Shown one piece after another: positions 19,934 through 30,801 of a DNA stretch of 64,000 nt. The stretch lies in IMG/VR virus record IMGVR_UViG_3300044732_000704, positions 1 to 64,000 of that record; one strand, 5' to 3'. The notes beneath the pieces were generated by a model. That model saw nothing but the letters and a program-made list of their open reading frames with translations. It did no database searches and was not told the DNA's origin. The DNA comes from a virus. The translations under genes were made by a program, and so were the position numbers. How positions within the stretch are numbered: position 1 is the first letter of the stretch; every line of letters begins with the position of its first letter.

Positions 19934-20266
19934 TTACCAAACGTGTTGAAAGCTATCTAATTTAGTGTCAGGAATTTCTTCTCCGAGAATGTTTCCAATT
20001 ATTGTTTGTGCTGCGAACAGCGACTCCCACCAAGCAGATTCTTGGTCAATTAAGTCTTCATAAAGTGCAACAGGTAACTCAACACCTATGTCTAAATCTT
20101 CAATGTCTGCATCAAACCAAGGACTGGCGTAATCTAATCCAAGTTCTTCTAAAGTAGTATGGAAGTCGCCGTCGAAGTCTTCATCGGCTTTAGCTTTGAC
20201 AGCTTCGTGTAAAGCGTCTTGATTTCGTGGAACCAACATTAATTTACTTTCAATATCAATACCCAT
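19934..20266 (-). CDS. Acidic hypothetical protein
   Basis: AGGAG RBS. Confidence 0.65.
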   Translation of the reverse strand: MGIDIESKLMLVPRNQDALHEAVKAKADEDFDGDFHTTLEELGLDYASPWFDADIEDLDIGVELPVALYEDLIDQESAWWESLFAAQTIIGNILGEEIPDTKLDSFQHVW

Positions 20267-20335
20267 AATTCTCTCCTATATAAACGAAAAAGGCCGAAAG
20301 CATTTCTGCTCCCAGCCCGTGTATTAATCTGATTG

Positions 20336-20590
20336 TTACTTCGTTAGGATCTCATGCTCAGCAAGGGCGGTTTGCAAAGTTTCAATCTGGTCTTGAAGTT
20401 TCTGAGCATTATACTCAGCCTTAACCCAACCTGTGAATTCTTTGGGTGCAATATCATATTCTTCTTTGGTGGCAGCACTGAGTTGCTTAATGTCCTCTTT
20501 CAAGGTATCTACTTCTCGCAGATATTGAGCAGCTTCAACCACCCGCTTACGAACTACTTCACGAACTTTTGGATCTGTAGGTAACGCCAT
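20336..20590 (-). CDS. dsDNA-binding protein (T4 DsbA/GapR-like)
   Basis: Helical LKEDIK...AxKEEYDI pattern. Confidence 0.55.
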   Translation of the reverse strand: MALPTDPKVREVVRKRVVEAAQYLREVDTLKEDIKQLSAATKEEYDIAPKEFTGWVKAEYNAQKLQDQIETLQTALAEHEILTK

Positions 20591-21030
20591 TATTTACTCT
20601 CCTTATTAATTAAACTATCAACGTAATTCTGACCAACTAAAAACAAGTCTTCAGTAGAATGATTCTCTTTGAACATTGCTTCAATCAAAACACCATCACT
20701 GTTCAGGATATTTACTACAGGTAACTTATCACTAACCAATAAAGTATAACCTTCGTATTCTTCGCTTTCATACGATTCTTCAGTGAAATCAATTTCAATA
20801 AGAGTATCAAGCCATTTCTTAGCTTCGTTTCTTACTTCATCCAAGTCGTCAGACATGAACACTTGGTAATCAGCACCGATTCCACTACCTGAATTAACTT
20901 CGGCTTCATATTCAAACCATTCACCATCCAATCCATATTGACGGATAATGTAATTATAATCTTTATCATCTGGGTAGTAATATTCTTCCACTACACGACA
21001 ATCCATTTCTCTAATCTCTTGTTCCATCAC
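20590..21030 (-). CDS. Acidic hypothetical protein
   Basis: GAGGAG RBS. Confidence 0.65.
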   Translation of the reverse strand: MMEQEIREMDCRVVEEYYYPDDKDYNYIIRQYGLDGEWFEYEAEVNSGSGIGADYQVFMSDDLDEVRNEAKKWLDTLIEIDFTEESYESEEYEGYTLLVSDKLPVVNILNSDGVLIEAMFKENHSTEDLFLVGQNYVDSLINKESK

Positions 21031-21081
21031 AATCTCCTCTTAAACAAGGGCTGCTGTTACACAGCCCGTACAACATTTACA

Positions 21082-22011
21082 TCAGAATGGGTCTGAGTCC
21101 AAATCATCAGCCGGAATATCATCTACAACGCTTTGAGAAGCCTTTGTAGCAGCTTTCTTGCCCGAGCCTTGTGTAGATGTCACCGAAGGTGCGTCGTCGC
21201 CTGTAGAGCTTCCTGCTGCGTTTGGTGCAGTGTTCTCTACCTCCACCAACTTCTGTAACTTACTACCTTGATACTCAGGGGCAAGCTTCATCATTTGCAA
21301 CACTTTACCACGTAAATACACAACAGTTTGTTCTGTGACATTATTGTGGTCAAGAATCAATGGTTCTACTTGCAAATCTTCTACTTCTAACGGCTTACCT
21401 TTAACCATTGGCAATTTACTTGCACCTTTGAAGTTAACGTTATTATAGATGATTGGTTCACCTTTGTCATTCTTTTTACCAGAGTCAGTACGATTGACCT
21501 GAACATCTGCGTAGAAAGCTTTACCTAACAATTGGTAAATGTCCATATTGTTATCACGATCTACACCAAGAATGTTGTCACAACCAGTTGCTTTAGCAAT
21601 CTTAGTCAGCAAACTGGTTGGATGAAATGTCCATTCACGACCACTGATAATATTACCATCAGCATCACGAGGGGGCATACCGATGAAATCCACACCCTTA
21701 ACATCACCCTTGAAGCTGTTGTTCAGCATCAGACGATATTGTTTCTCTCCGATGTCCCCGCCGTAATCAACCACTTGGTCTACTAAATCAGCAAACACTA
21801 CAACCTGCTGTGCTGGCTTCTTCTCTGTGATTTCCCCAGTGTCTTTATCTTCATAAAAACGTTTCTGTGTACCGATATTTACAATCAAGCTGATACGGGC
21901 TGCTTGGTTTCCACCTTCAGGCACTGGGTATTTGTAAGCTACACCATTAGGCGCGATACCAGTGTTTTGTTTACGTTCAGATTGATTGTTTTGTTGTGGT
22001 TTATAAGCCAT
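21082..22011 (-). CDS. Single-stranded DNA-binding protein
   Basis: Replication-module context; flexible linker; acidic tail ending DDLDSDPF. Confidence 0.75.
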   Translation of the reverse strand: MAYKPQQNNQSERKQNTGIAPNGVAYKYPVPEGGNQAARISLIVNIGTQKRFYEDKDTGEITEKKPAQQVVVFADLVDQVVDYGGDIGEKQYRLMLNNSFKGDVKGVDFIGMPPRDADGNIISGREWTFHPTSLLTKIAKATGCDNILGVDRDNNMDIYQLLGKAFYADVQVNRTDSGKKNDKGEPIIYNNVNFKGASKLPMVKGKPLEVEDLQVEPLILDHNNVTEQTVVYLRGKVLQMMKLAPEYQGSKLQKLVEVENTAPNAAGSSTGDDAPSVTSTQGSGKKAATKASQSVVDDIPADDLDSDPF

Positions 22012-22095
22012 TCTTAAATTACCTCATATTGATTAATATTAGCCATTAGGCTGCTTTACAAATTAAAATACTCTCGTATTTGATAATGTTCTACG

Positions 22096-22284
22096 TTAAT
22101 TCTGATTATTGAAACGACTCAGCAAAGCGTAAATCTTACTACGACCACTGATTGTTGTTTCAATTAGGTTACGTTTCTTCTGATAATCTGGGGCATTCGC
22201 AAAACGATTGCTACTCAAATCATCATAGAAATTCTCGATATAGATAAGCTGCTGTGTCAATTCAAATTGTTGTAAATCTTGCAT
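22096..22284 (-). CDS. Hypothetical protein
   Basis: GAGGAGG RBS. Confidence 0.55.
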   Translation of the reverse strand: MQDLQQFELTQQLIYIENFYDDLSSNRFANAPDYQKKRNLIETTISGRSKIYALLSRFNNQN

Positions 22285-22285
22285 G

Positions 22286-22540
22286 TTATACTACCTCCTC
22301 AAATTTTAAAATACCGTTTTCTTCTGTTAAAGAGTCATCTGACTTGTCATCTGTGATAAACCAGCCAATCCCCAGCGTAGCTCCTCTCCAAGTAGAATCT
22401 AATGTGGCGACATCGCCATCTTCGTCAATATCATTCACCGTGAAAGTATCACCAGTGAACTTGAAGTAAGGGTGGAGTTCGCCAGCAACGTGTCGATATG
22501 TTTTACCAACTTGTAAATCTTTAATATCTAACAGCATCAT
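22286..22540 (-). CDS. Hypothetical protein
   Basis: AAGGAG RBS. Confidence 0.6.
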   Translation of the reverse strand: MMLLDIKDLQVGKTYRHVAGELHPYFKFTGDTFTVNDIDEDGDVATLDSTWRGATLGIGWFITDDKSDDSLTEENGILKFEEVV

Positions 22541-22552
22541 TTCTCTCCTTAA

Positions 22553-22750
22553 TTATAACCAACCCAGCACACCACCAAGAGGTGCTACGAAAATACCAAC
22601 CACTCGCAACACTTCTAGCGTTGTCCATTGAGCTAATTCTGGACCGCCTACAAGAGCTACGATATTCATAATCCAACCAATCACTAAGCCGATTACCGCA
22701 GCGAAGTAAGTTAACGCTAGACCAACAGGCCAATTCTGTGTATTACGCAT
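22553..22750 (-). CDS. Two-TM membrane protein
   Basis: GWIMNI...LRVVGIFVAPLG motif. Confidence 0.65.
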   Translation of the reverse strand: MRNTQNWPVGLALTYFAAVIGLVIGWIMNIVALVGGPELAQWTTLEVLRVVGIFVAPLGGVLGWL

Positions 22751-22936
22751 TTTATTTCTCTCCTTTGTTAAACCTGAAACTTACAATAACCTGCAAAAGT
22801 GCAGCCTCCCCACGGAGGATTGTATTCACAAGAACCACCGTATGAACATAACTTTCCGTTTGACATAAAAATAATTCCGACCATATATTTATTCATAAAC
22901 TTCTCCTTTGTTAAAACGTGCAGAAATTATAGCACG

Positions 22937-23977
22937 TTATTCCGTTGTGTCAACATCTTCTTGTGAAGAATTTTCTATAAAAGTTTTAAGTCTCTCCGCT
23001 TCACTGTTTAAGAAATCAAAATCTGCGATTGACTCGTCGAACCGTTCTTTTATAACCTTAAACCCTTTAGCGTTAACTTCAGAAGTTTGGTGCCTACACA
23101 TAGCGGAAGATACCGCAGCAGCTATAACGCCCAGACCTCTATAAAGTACCACAAATTTATTACCATTGCAATAGACTTTATAAACAACCATCGCTTTTGT
23201 AGGAGAGCTTTCTTGCTCGAACAAACTCTTTTCTTGTTTAAACCTTGCGTTACCATAAGAAAACGGTAAATCCGATAAAAGGTGTTCATACTCAGCGGGT
23301 AATGATTCAAACCTCTCCCACTTATAACCCCTATAGGACTTTTTAGATCCGTTGCAAGCCGCATAAATATTTTGAAACTTAAAACCTTGATTGTTCTCAA
23401 TAACTTGATTAATACCTTGCCATAAAGTTATAGGTATATTCTCCATAGTTTTCTGTAGAAAGAAAGAACAATTAGCTGCACTTACTGCAACCTTCATCCC
23501 CTCTTTCACGCAAGGGTTATTCTTCCAGAAATCTGAAAAGAATTCAGATACTTTTTCGGGACTTCGTGTTCCATCTTCAAACTCCTTTAAAATTCTTTTT
23601 GAAATTTTATCTCGTGTTCTGGCATCTACGATAAGTCCGGTGCTTGAGTCTAAACGTAGGTTATACCCGCGCTTAGGGTCTAAAGCACAAAACTCTTGTA
23701 TCCAATACATTTCTCTTTCGGCAGCCAAAGATGGATCGCATACCTCTACAATGCTAAATGTAAAATTTTCTGGACTATGTTTGTTTATAGCGTTAAGAAA
23801 ATACTCATTTATCTTTCTAACATCTTGTTTCTTATACCCTGCTTTATAGTTGGCGTATCTTTTGCGGAAGTTTATAGTTTTCCCAATATAGACTTTGCCA
23901 TTGACGCCATTAACTATTTTATAAATACCTGAAGCGTTATTAAACTCCACCGGTATCTCCTTTTTAAAGAACTCCAT
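22937..23977 (-). CDS. GIY-YIG homing endonuclease with NUMOD-like domains
   Basis: SGIYKI...VYIG...R...E...GYN; NUMOD1-like IYAAC...YRGYKW. Confidence 0.9.
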   Translation of the reverse strand: MEFFKKEIPVEFNNASGIYKIVNGVNGKVYIGKTINFRKRYANYKAGYKKQDVRKINEYFLNAINKHSPENFTFSIVEVCDPSLAAEREMYWIQEFCALDPKRGYNLRLDSSTGLIVDARTRDKISKRILKEFEDGTRSPEKVSEFFSDFWKNNPCVKEGMKVAVSAANCSFFLQKTMENIPITLWQGINQVIENNQGFKFQNIYAACNGSKKSYRGYKWERFESLPAEYEHLLSDLPFSYGNARFKQEKSLFEQESSPTKAMVVYKVYCNGNKFVVLYRGLGVIAAAVSSAMCRHQTSEVNAKGFKVIKERFDESIADFDFLNSEAERLKTFIENSSQEDVDTTE

Positions 23978-23985
23978 AGTACCTC

Positions 23986-26457
23986 TTAGTGGACATCATA
24001 ATAATTTTCACCCACTTTATAACCTCCATTGAGGTCAATAGCGAACTGTGGTGGTGTGTGGTTAGCAAAGTGTTCAGGAGTTTTTCTGTGATACTTGAAT
24101 ATCTGCTCAGCAGCCCAAGTGTAACAAGAACCTCCAAGTTTACCTGCCTGTTCCTCGTAACCTATTGAAACTTCTAATAAAGTTTCGTCATGCACGTCTA
24201 ATACACGTTTAATATGATTACGTAAACCTAACCTGTCTAACTCTTTACCTAAACGGATTGCTGCCATTTTCTGAGCTAAAGCTTCAAAACCCTGAACGAT
24301 GGTGTTAACACTCTTATGGCTACTGTTATTCCATAACCAATACCCAAAGGCTAATGGTAAATAGAAACCACCCTTGTACTTGAATTTATCTTCATACAAA
24401 GACAATGCTTTAATCGTGTTGTCAAGACCCATCTGTTTTAAGAACTGGTCTTTACGTTTAGCACCTTCTTTCTCAGGGATTCCAATAGTTTTAGCCACCT
24501 TCTTACCTGATGCACCGAAGATTACAGCGAAACTACCACCCTTGCTTGCCTTACGTTTCAAGGTTATTTTGTGGATTAACTCTTTATCTTGAGTCTCCAC
24601 AGCAGATTGCCAATCCACTTCTGACACCATGCCGAACATACGAGCGTTTACACAGTGTGCTGTCTGTCCTAAATATTTACCATCTTCTGAATACTCCATT
24701 CCAGAAGCTACGTTATTATAGTATTCATAGTTATTAGCATAATACGCTGCAATGGATAACTGTGCAGACTTCATATCAATACCTACCAATACTTTACCTT
24801 TAGGACAAATAACACTCTGTCTAATTTCTTTACCATACAAAGCGCTATCTGAAGGGGCATTAACCCAAATCCTCTGGGCACCACGGCCACTACGAGTAGC
24901 GAAATTATTAACTCCTGCTGGAATACGCCCATCCTCACGGACATAGCTTAACAATCCTTTATTCTCAGGGTCTTCCGGATTTTCTAAGAATCTACGTCTG
25001 TGTTGATACGTGTTATACTCCGCGATCTTTTTACCTAAACCTTCTGGGAGCTGGTCGTAATCATCGTCAGTTAATTTAGGACTACTAACCAAGTATTCGC
25101 CTTTCTTAACAAACTTAACTAACTGATGTTCCGGTAACGCCTTTTCAGGCCACCGTACCTCTACATCTTGTTCTGCTTTAATCCAATTGTCATAAGCATC
25201 TTTCCGTATGTTCCAAGAATCCGCATCCTTCCAACCAAGTTTAATTAAAAACGCTTTCACTATATCGGATTGTGTCATGGTAGACGGTTCAATCTCGATA
25301 CGTGTAAATGGCCCAGAAATAATATGCGTATCTGTAGGTTCTACTCCAAACCAATTGCATGTATGTGAGTTAATAACTTCAGTTACCACTTCTTTCTTTT
25401 CAATATCCCAGTCTTTGTTCTTAGTCTCTGGGTAACTTGCTTTAATCCAATCAGTTAAATCTTTCTTCTTATTGAATACTGGTGTAGCGCCGTAAGATAA
25501 ATTAAACCCGTAGTATTGGTTTACCTTCTCCTTAGAAGTAAAGTTAATAGTAGGTTTATAATAAGGTTTATCTACTACTGTAACCACTTCACCATCTTTC
25601 TTCCTTTGAGATGTAGATTCTACAATCTTACTTGAATCAAAACCAAACAACTCTGCCATCTCTTTACGAGATACTTTTGTTGTAGCACCTTTAATCGTAG
25701 GTGGTAGTTGTGGTTCAATCTCCGCACGTAATACTTCAATCTTAATATCCAAGTCATCAATGCAGCGTTTGATATGGTCAATATCTACCATAACACCTGT
25801 GGTTTCTTGTAGAAAACATTCATGTGCGTACAACGCTTCTACTTTAAGAGCGTAGGTAAAATCAATACCGTAGGTGTCTCGTAAGTAGTTACGTTCCTTC
25901 TCTAACATCAAATATGTTTGCGCTTGGATCTTACAGTCTTCAATAACCCTGTGTAATTTGAAAGCATCCATTGTAGACCAATCAGTGATCTCTGGTTTAT
26001 TAATCCCGCACTTAATACCCCAAGCTTTTAACCCATGTGGAGATTTTGCACCTTTAGGGCAAGGACGTTCAAACCACTGTAGTTTACTCTGGATAAACGT
26101 ATCATGGTAACTATCAAAAGGTATTGTATTCTCCGGCCAAATCTTATCAATAACTGGTCTGTCATATGTATGACAGTTATGGATAATTAGCAAGCTACCG
26201 TTATTTGCTGCATTACTCCAAAATGCAATACCTTCATCCAATGTACCTGAACGTTTAGGTATTGTGTACTCTTTATTGTCGTAAGGATCTACAACAACTA
26301 CATTATCAAACTCAGGGTTATTATGAAAGAGTATCACTTTACCTGTGTCAATATCAACAGAACACAGACAGTGAATATCCTCTTTAGAATTTACTACATC
26401 ATAGAAACCCTTTGCTTCTATATCACTGGCTAATTTTAAATTGCGATACTCTAACAT
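23986..26457 (-). CDS. DNA polymerase, family A, with 3'-5' exonuclease
   Basis: DIE exonuclease motif; motif A DMKSAQL, motif B RKASK, motif C VHDE. Confidence 0.95.
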   Translation of the reverse strand: MLEYRNLKLASDIEAKGFYDVVNSKEDIHCLCSVDIDTGKVILFHNNPEFDNVVVVDPYDNKEYTIPKRSGTLDEGIAFWSNAANNGSLLIIHNCHTYDRPVIDKIWPENTIPFDSYHDTFIQSKLQWFERPCPKGAKSPHGLKAWGIKCGINKPEITDWSTMDAFKLHRVIEDCKIQAQTYLMLEKERNYLRDTYGIDFTYALKVEALYAHECFLQETTGVMVDIDHIKRCIDDLDIKIEVLRAEIEPQLPPTIKGATTKVSRKEMAELFGFDSSKIVESTSQRKKDGEVVTVVDKPYYKPTINFTSKEKVNQYYGFNLSYGATPVFNKKKDLTDWIKASYPETKNKDWDIEKKEVVTEVINSHTCNWFGVEPTDTHIISGPFTRIEIEPSTMTQSDIVKAFLIKLGWKDADSWNIRKDAYDNWIKAEQDVEVRWPEKALPEHQLVKFVKKGEYLVSSPKLTDDDYDQLPEGLGKKIAEYNTYQHRRRFLENPEDPENKGLLSYVREDGRIPAGVNNFATRSGRGAQRIWVNAPSDSALYGKEIRQSVICPKGKVLVGIDMKSAQLSIAAYYANNYEYYNNVASGMEYSEDGKYLGQTAHCVNARMFGMVSEVDWQSAVETQDKELIHKITLKRKASKGGSFAVIFGASGKKVAKTIGIPEKEGAKRKDQFLKQMGLDNTIKALSLYEDKFKYKGGFYLPLAFGYWLWNNSSHKSVNTIVQGFEALAQKMAAIRLGKELDRLGLRNHIKRVLDVHDETLLEVSIGYEEQAGKLGGSCYTWAAEQIFKYHRKTPEHFANHTPPQFAIDLNGGYKVGENYYDVH

Positions 26458-26465
26458 AAATCTCC

Positions 26466-28346
26466 TTAGAAAAGATTGGTTACGTCTATTTCATCATCTT
26501 CACCAGCGGGATAATAATTATCCGTAAAGTCTGGTGGCTGTTGATTAAAGAATGTATTATAATTGTGCATTGTGTGTGTTTGCAAGTCATAATACCAACT
26601 TCCAACTACACCCGTTACCCCTGTCCAACGACACTTACCTAATGTTACTTTAGTTGTGTTTTGAACTATAGGATCTTCTGCGTATTTTGAACGATTTAAG
26701 AAAATATTAGCCCCCGCACTTTTTGTTACGAGCGACAAGCCCGACACGTCATCTTCCGTAAGCTCTCGTTCAATACGCTTACCGTGTTTATCTGTAGATA
26801 CATTACCTTTTCTTACGTGACAAACACAAGAGAATGTAATACCGGATTTCAGCATGGTCTTCATCCATTTGATAAATGCTGTCTGTTCATCCCATGTAGA
26901 AGCATCAAACAAATCGTTAAGCGGGTCTATAACGATCAACTGACAGCCATGTTTCTTAATCAGCCGTTCAATTTGTTTCTTAACATTGTCAAGACTGCCT
27001 TCCCGATCATCTAACAACGCAAAACGTTCTTCTCCGAACTCGTTCATCTTTAAATGATTACGTGCTTCTACTACATGAGGTTGTCTGATAAACTCTACAG
27101 CTTTTTCTGGGGAATCAATCAAGTTAATTTTATACCCAACCTCACGGCTCAGCATTGCAATCATATACTGTGCAGCAGTTAACTCTAGACTAACGATCCC
27201 AACCTTATAGGGTGAAGTATAAATCCATTCACGAATGGCTTCGTTAACCGTAGTAGTTTTACCAGCGCCTGTCCCAGCGATCCAGTTTACCCAATAACCT
27301 AATGGGATTCCACCTGAGAATGCTTTTTGTAAATCAGACATAAACTCTGGTAACTTAATCTTAGGTCTGGATAACTCCGATTCCAACCCATCATCTGCAT
27401 CAATAGAGGAAATAATACCGTCATCGAGATAAGGTTTTGCACTGAAGAAGTCTCGCACAAACTGCTCTTGCTTTCCAGATTCTAACATCTTGTTAGGGTC
27501 TTTCATAGTCCACAATGCAATTTTTACTTTATCTGCTGGCAATACTTTGGCAATCTCTGCCATAGCTTCTTTACCTACATCATCGTTATCTAAACCTAAG
27601 ATAATATTCTCGAATAAATTACAGAAGTCATACTGAGCTGCAATCTGCTTTACTGCACTACCTTCCCCCGTAGTAGGGCTAACTACCGCGATAGGTTCAA
27701 AGTCTTTCTGCCCCCGTTTAATTTGATTGTCACGTAGCATCTGGAATGCGGCTACCTTATCTTCCTCTCCGCCGCAAATAAGTAAATACTTACCACCAGC
27801 TTTAAACTTTACCTGACCAGATAACTCAGACTTAATTCCTGTACGACCTTTGTTCAACATACCGAATTTCTTTGGGAAGATTCTGGATTTATACCCAGTA
27901 ACTTTGCCTTCGGAAGTTTCAGGATAGAACCGGACTACGGGATTACCTTCATTATCAAGTTTAGTTAAATGCCCGTAGAATTGGTTATACTCATCTTTTA
28001 TACCACGAATACCATTACCAATGTAACCAATTTCTTTAATGAAGTTGATGACTTCATCTTTAGTCATAGGTTCTTTTTTAGGCTTAGCGGTAACTTTGTT
28101 TGCGTTTACTACAACTCCACCTTCGATCCCCAAATCTCCAGCAATAGATGAGTTACCAATATCCGTAGATGAATAATATTGGCTACATGACCAACAAAAC
28201 CCGTCATACGTGACTACATCGTTTTCATCTGTGTGTTGATAAATCGCTAACCCGTCACTGCTATGACAGTCATGTTTATTAGAACACTCACTACCTATGC
28301 AGTGGAAATGTCCTACAAAATCCCCACTATCTTTACTCAACTGCAA
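26466..28346 (-). CDS. Primase-helicase (T7 gp4-like)
   Basis: N-terminal Zn finger, TOPRIM (GEED, DND), Walker A GTGAGKTT, KCRWTG. Confidence 0.93.
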   Translation of the reverse strand: MQLSKDSGDFVGHFHCIGSECSNKHDCHSSDGLAIYQHTDENDVVTYDGFCWSCSQYYSSTDIGNSSIAGDLGIEGGVVVNANKVTAKPKKEPMTKDEVINFIKEIGYIGNGIRGIKDEYNQFYGHLTKLDNEGNPVVRFYPETSEGKVTGYKSRIFPKKFGMLNKGRTGIKSELSGQVKFKAGGKYLLICGGEEDKVAAFQMLRDNQIKRGQKDFEPIAVVSPTTGEGSAVKQIAAQYDFCNLFENIILGLDNDDVGKEAMAEIAKVLPADKVKIALWTMKDPNKMLESGKQEQFVRDFFSAKPYLDDGIISSIDADDGLESELSRPKIKLPEFMSDLQKAFSGGIPLGYWVNWIAGTGAGKTTTVNEAIREWIYTSPYKVGIVSLELTAAQYMIAMLSREVGYKINLIDSPEKAVEFIRQPHVVEARNHLKMNEFGEERFALLDDREGSLDNVKKQIERLIKKHGCQLIVIDPLNDLFDASTWDEQTAFIKWMKTMLKSGITFSCVCHVRKGNVSTDKHGKRIERELTEDDVSGLSLVTKSAGANIFLNRSKYAEDPIVQNTTKVTLGKCRWTGVTGVVGSWYYDLQTHTMHNYNTFFNQQPPDFTDNYYPAGEDDEIDVTNLF

Positions 28347-28624
28347 TACTCCTTAACCAATTTACAATACAACCAGAATGCACCCTTCACTTTCTCAAAG
28401 TCATTACTACGAATACCTGATAGATTGAAATCGTAAGCATTGCCATTCTTTGACTCAAGTATAGAGAAATAGCCACCATGTTTACCGTACTGATAATTTA
28501 TCTGACAAGTACCATATACACTGTCTCCTACTGTTACGGAGAATATCTCATTACTGAATACCGTTTCAAATCCGAAATATTCTAAGATGTCAAGAATCTG
28601 TTGACGTTTTTGTTCAATGGTCAT
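28337..28624 (-). CDS. Hypothetical protein
   Basis: AAGGA RBS. Confidence 0.6.
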   Translation of the reverse strand: MTIEQKRQQILDILEYFGFETVFSNEIFSVTVGDSVYGTCQINYQYGKHGGYFSILESKNGNAYDFNLSGIRSNDFEKVKGAFWLYCKLVKEYCS

Positions 28625-28795
28625 TTGACGTATCCTTGTCTTTTCTCAGCTTCAACTCATGGTCAATCAAATCAATCTCTGCCATCACATCATTAAGTTC
28701 TTTAGACAAATCACGAGCTGTATCGCACCTCAAGGCTCGAAGGGCTGACAGGGTTTGAGTAGACAACTCTTTAATGCTGTTCACTTCCCACATGG

Positions 28796-29239
28796 TTATT
28801 CTCCTGAGAAATCTTTACGGTAATACAATGTTGGTTCATCACATTCTTCGTATCGAGAATACCCTAAGAATTCTGTATCTGAGTAAGGAGCAATCCATTC
28901 AAAGAACTGTTGAATCTCACCATCGTAGTTTTTAATGTCACCTTTACCTAACAACGACCAGCTCTCTGAAATGAAGTCATACGAAAGTTCAGCAACTGTT
29001 GTGTTTGGTGTGTAGTAAGAACCATTACAAAACAACCAAGGAAATCTGTTACTAAACTTTGATGTTAATTCTACGAACTTAGCATCATCTGTGTCAACAT
29101 CAGAATGATTGAAGGGTAGGTGGTGATAGTTACTCTTTTCCTTAACACTTCGAACCATCCCTTTCAAGACATACAACACATCTTCAGGGATGTCTTGTTT
29201 CAAATCAACATTCACAAAAATTTCGGTATACATCCCCAT
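28796..29239 (-). CDS. Conserved phage hypothetical protein (MGMYTE...KNY)
   Basis: GAGGAG RBS; MGMYTE start motif. Confidence 0.65.
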   Translation of the reverse strand: MGMYTEIFVNVDLKQDIPEDVLYVLKGMVRSVKEKSNYHHLPFNHSDVDTDDAKFVELTSKFSNRFPWLFCNGSYYTPNTTVAELSYDFISESWSLLGKGDIKNYDGEIQQFFEWIAPYSDTEFLGYSRYEECDEPTLYYRKDFSGE

Positions 29240-29240
29240 A

Positions 29241-29477
29241 TCATTTCTCCTCAATCATCAATTGTTTAGGAAAGCTCATACTACCACGTTCTTTCCATGT
29301 CCACTCATCTTTGATTAGATGGTGGTAAATATAAAACACTTTACCTTTACAGGCCACCTGATACTCTTTGTAAGCACCATCACCATCCACAGCAGATATG
29401 GCAGCAATCTTATACTGCTTGTTCAGTTCTGTCAAGAACTTCTGTAATATTTCTGGCAAGCTGTTGAAATCAATCAT
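29241..29477 (-). CDS. Hypothetical protein
   Basis: In operon; likely start MIDF. Confidence 0.5.
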   Translation of the reverse strand: MIDFNSLPEILQKFLTELNKQYKIAAISAVDGDGAYKEYQVACKGKVFYIYHHLIKDEWTWKERGSMSFPKQLMIEEK

Positions 29478-29679
29478 TCTTGTTCCAAATGTGTTCAGCA
29501 AACAACAATGTACCTAACACGACAATAAACTCAAAACATCCATACCACAGATAATATCCATGCACTTCAGGAATATCTGGATTAGGGAACGTAAAGTTAA
29601 ATCCTGATACAGCCATGATGATAGCAACCATCACGTTCATAATTAGAAAAAACACTGTACTATAAGCTAAATTCTTCAT
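29470..29679 (-). CDS. Two-TM membrane protein
   Basis: GGAGG RBS; hydrophobic segments. Confidence 0.6.
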   Translation of the reverse strand: MKNLAYSTVFFLIMNVMVAIIMAVSGFNFTFPNPDIPEVHGYYLWYGCFEFIVVLGTLLFAEHIWNKND

Positions 29680-29708
29680 TTCAATTCCTCCAATTCTTTC
29701 TCAACATT

Positions 29709-29800
29709 AGCTAACTGTTCTTTCTGTTATGACACCCTTCTCCTCTAATCAAGGAGAATTCCTTCTTCAAGACGGCGGTGCCCCGCCGCAGCAATGTTCT
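29709..29800 (-). ncRNA. Putative TnpB omegaRNA 3' part (right-end hairpin + guide)
   Basis: GGCGG-GGCA-CCGCC hairpin, then GGAA-TTCTCCT-TGATTAG-AGGAGAA-GGGTGTCAT, resembling an IS605-type right end; predicted guide AACAGAAAGAACAGTTAGCT. The 5' boundary is unknown. Confidence 0.6.
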
Positions 29801-30797
29801 TAGACGCATTCACATCCCTATCGTGTTCTGCTCCGCACTCAGAACAAACCCATTGCCGTATTCCAAGACCTGCTCTACCTTTCGGACTACTGTCTGGGAT
29901 AATCCCGCAGCACGAACAAGTCTGGGTGGAGTATGCTTCATTAATAACTTCAAAAATCACACCTGCGTTAGCGCATTTATATTCCAATGTAGATTTAATC
30001 TGTCCCCAAGAAGCGTCTAAAACAGATTTTGCCATTTTAGTTTTAATAAGCTTCCGAGAACTAATGTTACCAACAAAGATTGCAGCACTGGAATCTACCA
30101 AACTGCGTGTAAACTTATGAATAGCGTCCTTACGTCTATTCTTTATCTTTAAGTGAATCGACCTCACTCTGTCTTTCTTATTAGCTCTTTGCGCTAATTT
30201 GAGCTTAGATTCTAACTCACGATACCAACCATTGTCAAGCTTTATTCCTGTTGATGTCACAGCAGCATCTTTACAACCTAAATCTATACCGATTAACTGA
30301 GTTCCCTTAGATTTTACAGCCTCGCATTCAACAGCAATGTTAAGATACCACCGACCTTTAGAATCTTCGTTAAATGAACCTGATTTAAGTTTGTATTGCG
30401 ATATATTATGACAATCCCAAAAGCTAAACAAAACACTATTAAATCTAATTTTACTATCAACCAACTTAATTGTTTGTGGTTGAAAAGGAATCCAACCTAA
30501 CGATCTACCACTTCCTTTGGTTTTCCTCCAACGTAGTCGACGTTTCTTAAATTGCCTACGTCGGGTGACATACTCTTTACTTACTTCTTGTATTGTTTGA
30601 GCAGGAATCCCAAGCTCTTTACTTGAACCTGCTGTGTATTTGTTTATATCAAATTCGGATAAAAACACCCCACGCTCTTTGATTGAGCGTGAGCTAAGTT
30701 CATTGATATAGTTCCAGACAAAATTCACATTAGCTGCAACCTTATTCAAATGTTTAATGTGTTTATCTTTCACCCTGAACTTTAATGTTTTTATCAA
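29745..30797 (-). CDS. tnpB: TnpB RNA-guided endonuclease, solo (no TnpA), rearranged RuvC-II
   Basis: KTLKFR N-terminus; GIDLG (RuvC-I); FVGN plus alternative INEAYSTQTCS; CxxC/CxxC; HDRDVNASKNI (RuvC-III). TTG start with GAGGAG RBS. Confidence 0.93.
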   Translation of the reverse strand: MIKTLKFRVKDKHIKHLNKVAANVNFVWNYINELSSRSIKERGVFLSEFDINKYTAGSSKELGIPAQTIQEVSKEYVTRRRQFKKRRLRWRKTKGSGRSLGWIPFQPQTIKLVDSKIRFNSVLFSFWDCHNISQYKLKSGSFNEDSKGRWYLNIAVECEAVKSKGTQLIGIDLGCKDAAVTSTGIKLDNGWYRELESKLKLAQRANKKDRVRSIHLKIKNRRKDAIHKFTRSLVDSSAAIFVGNISSRKLIKTKMAKSVLDASWGQIKSTLEYKCANAGVIFEVINEAYSTQTCSCCGIIPDSSPKGRAGLGIRQWVCSECGAEHDRDVNASKNIAAAGHRRLEEGILLD

Positions 30798-30801
30798 TTT
30801 G

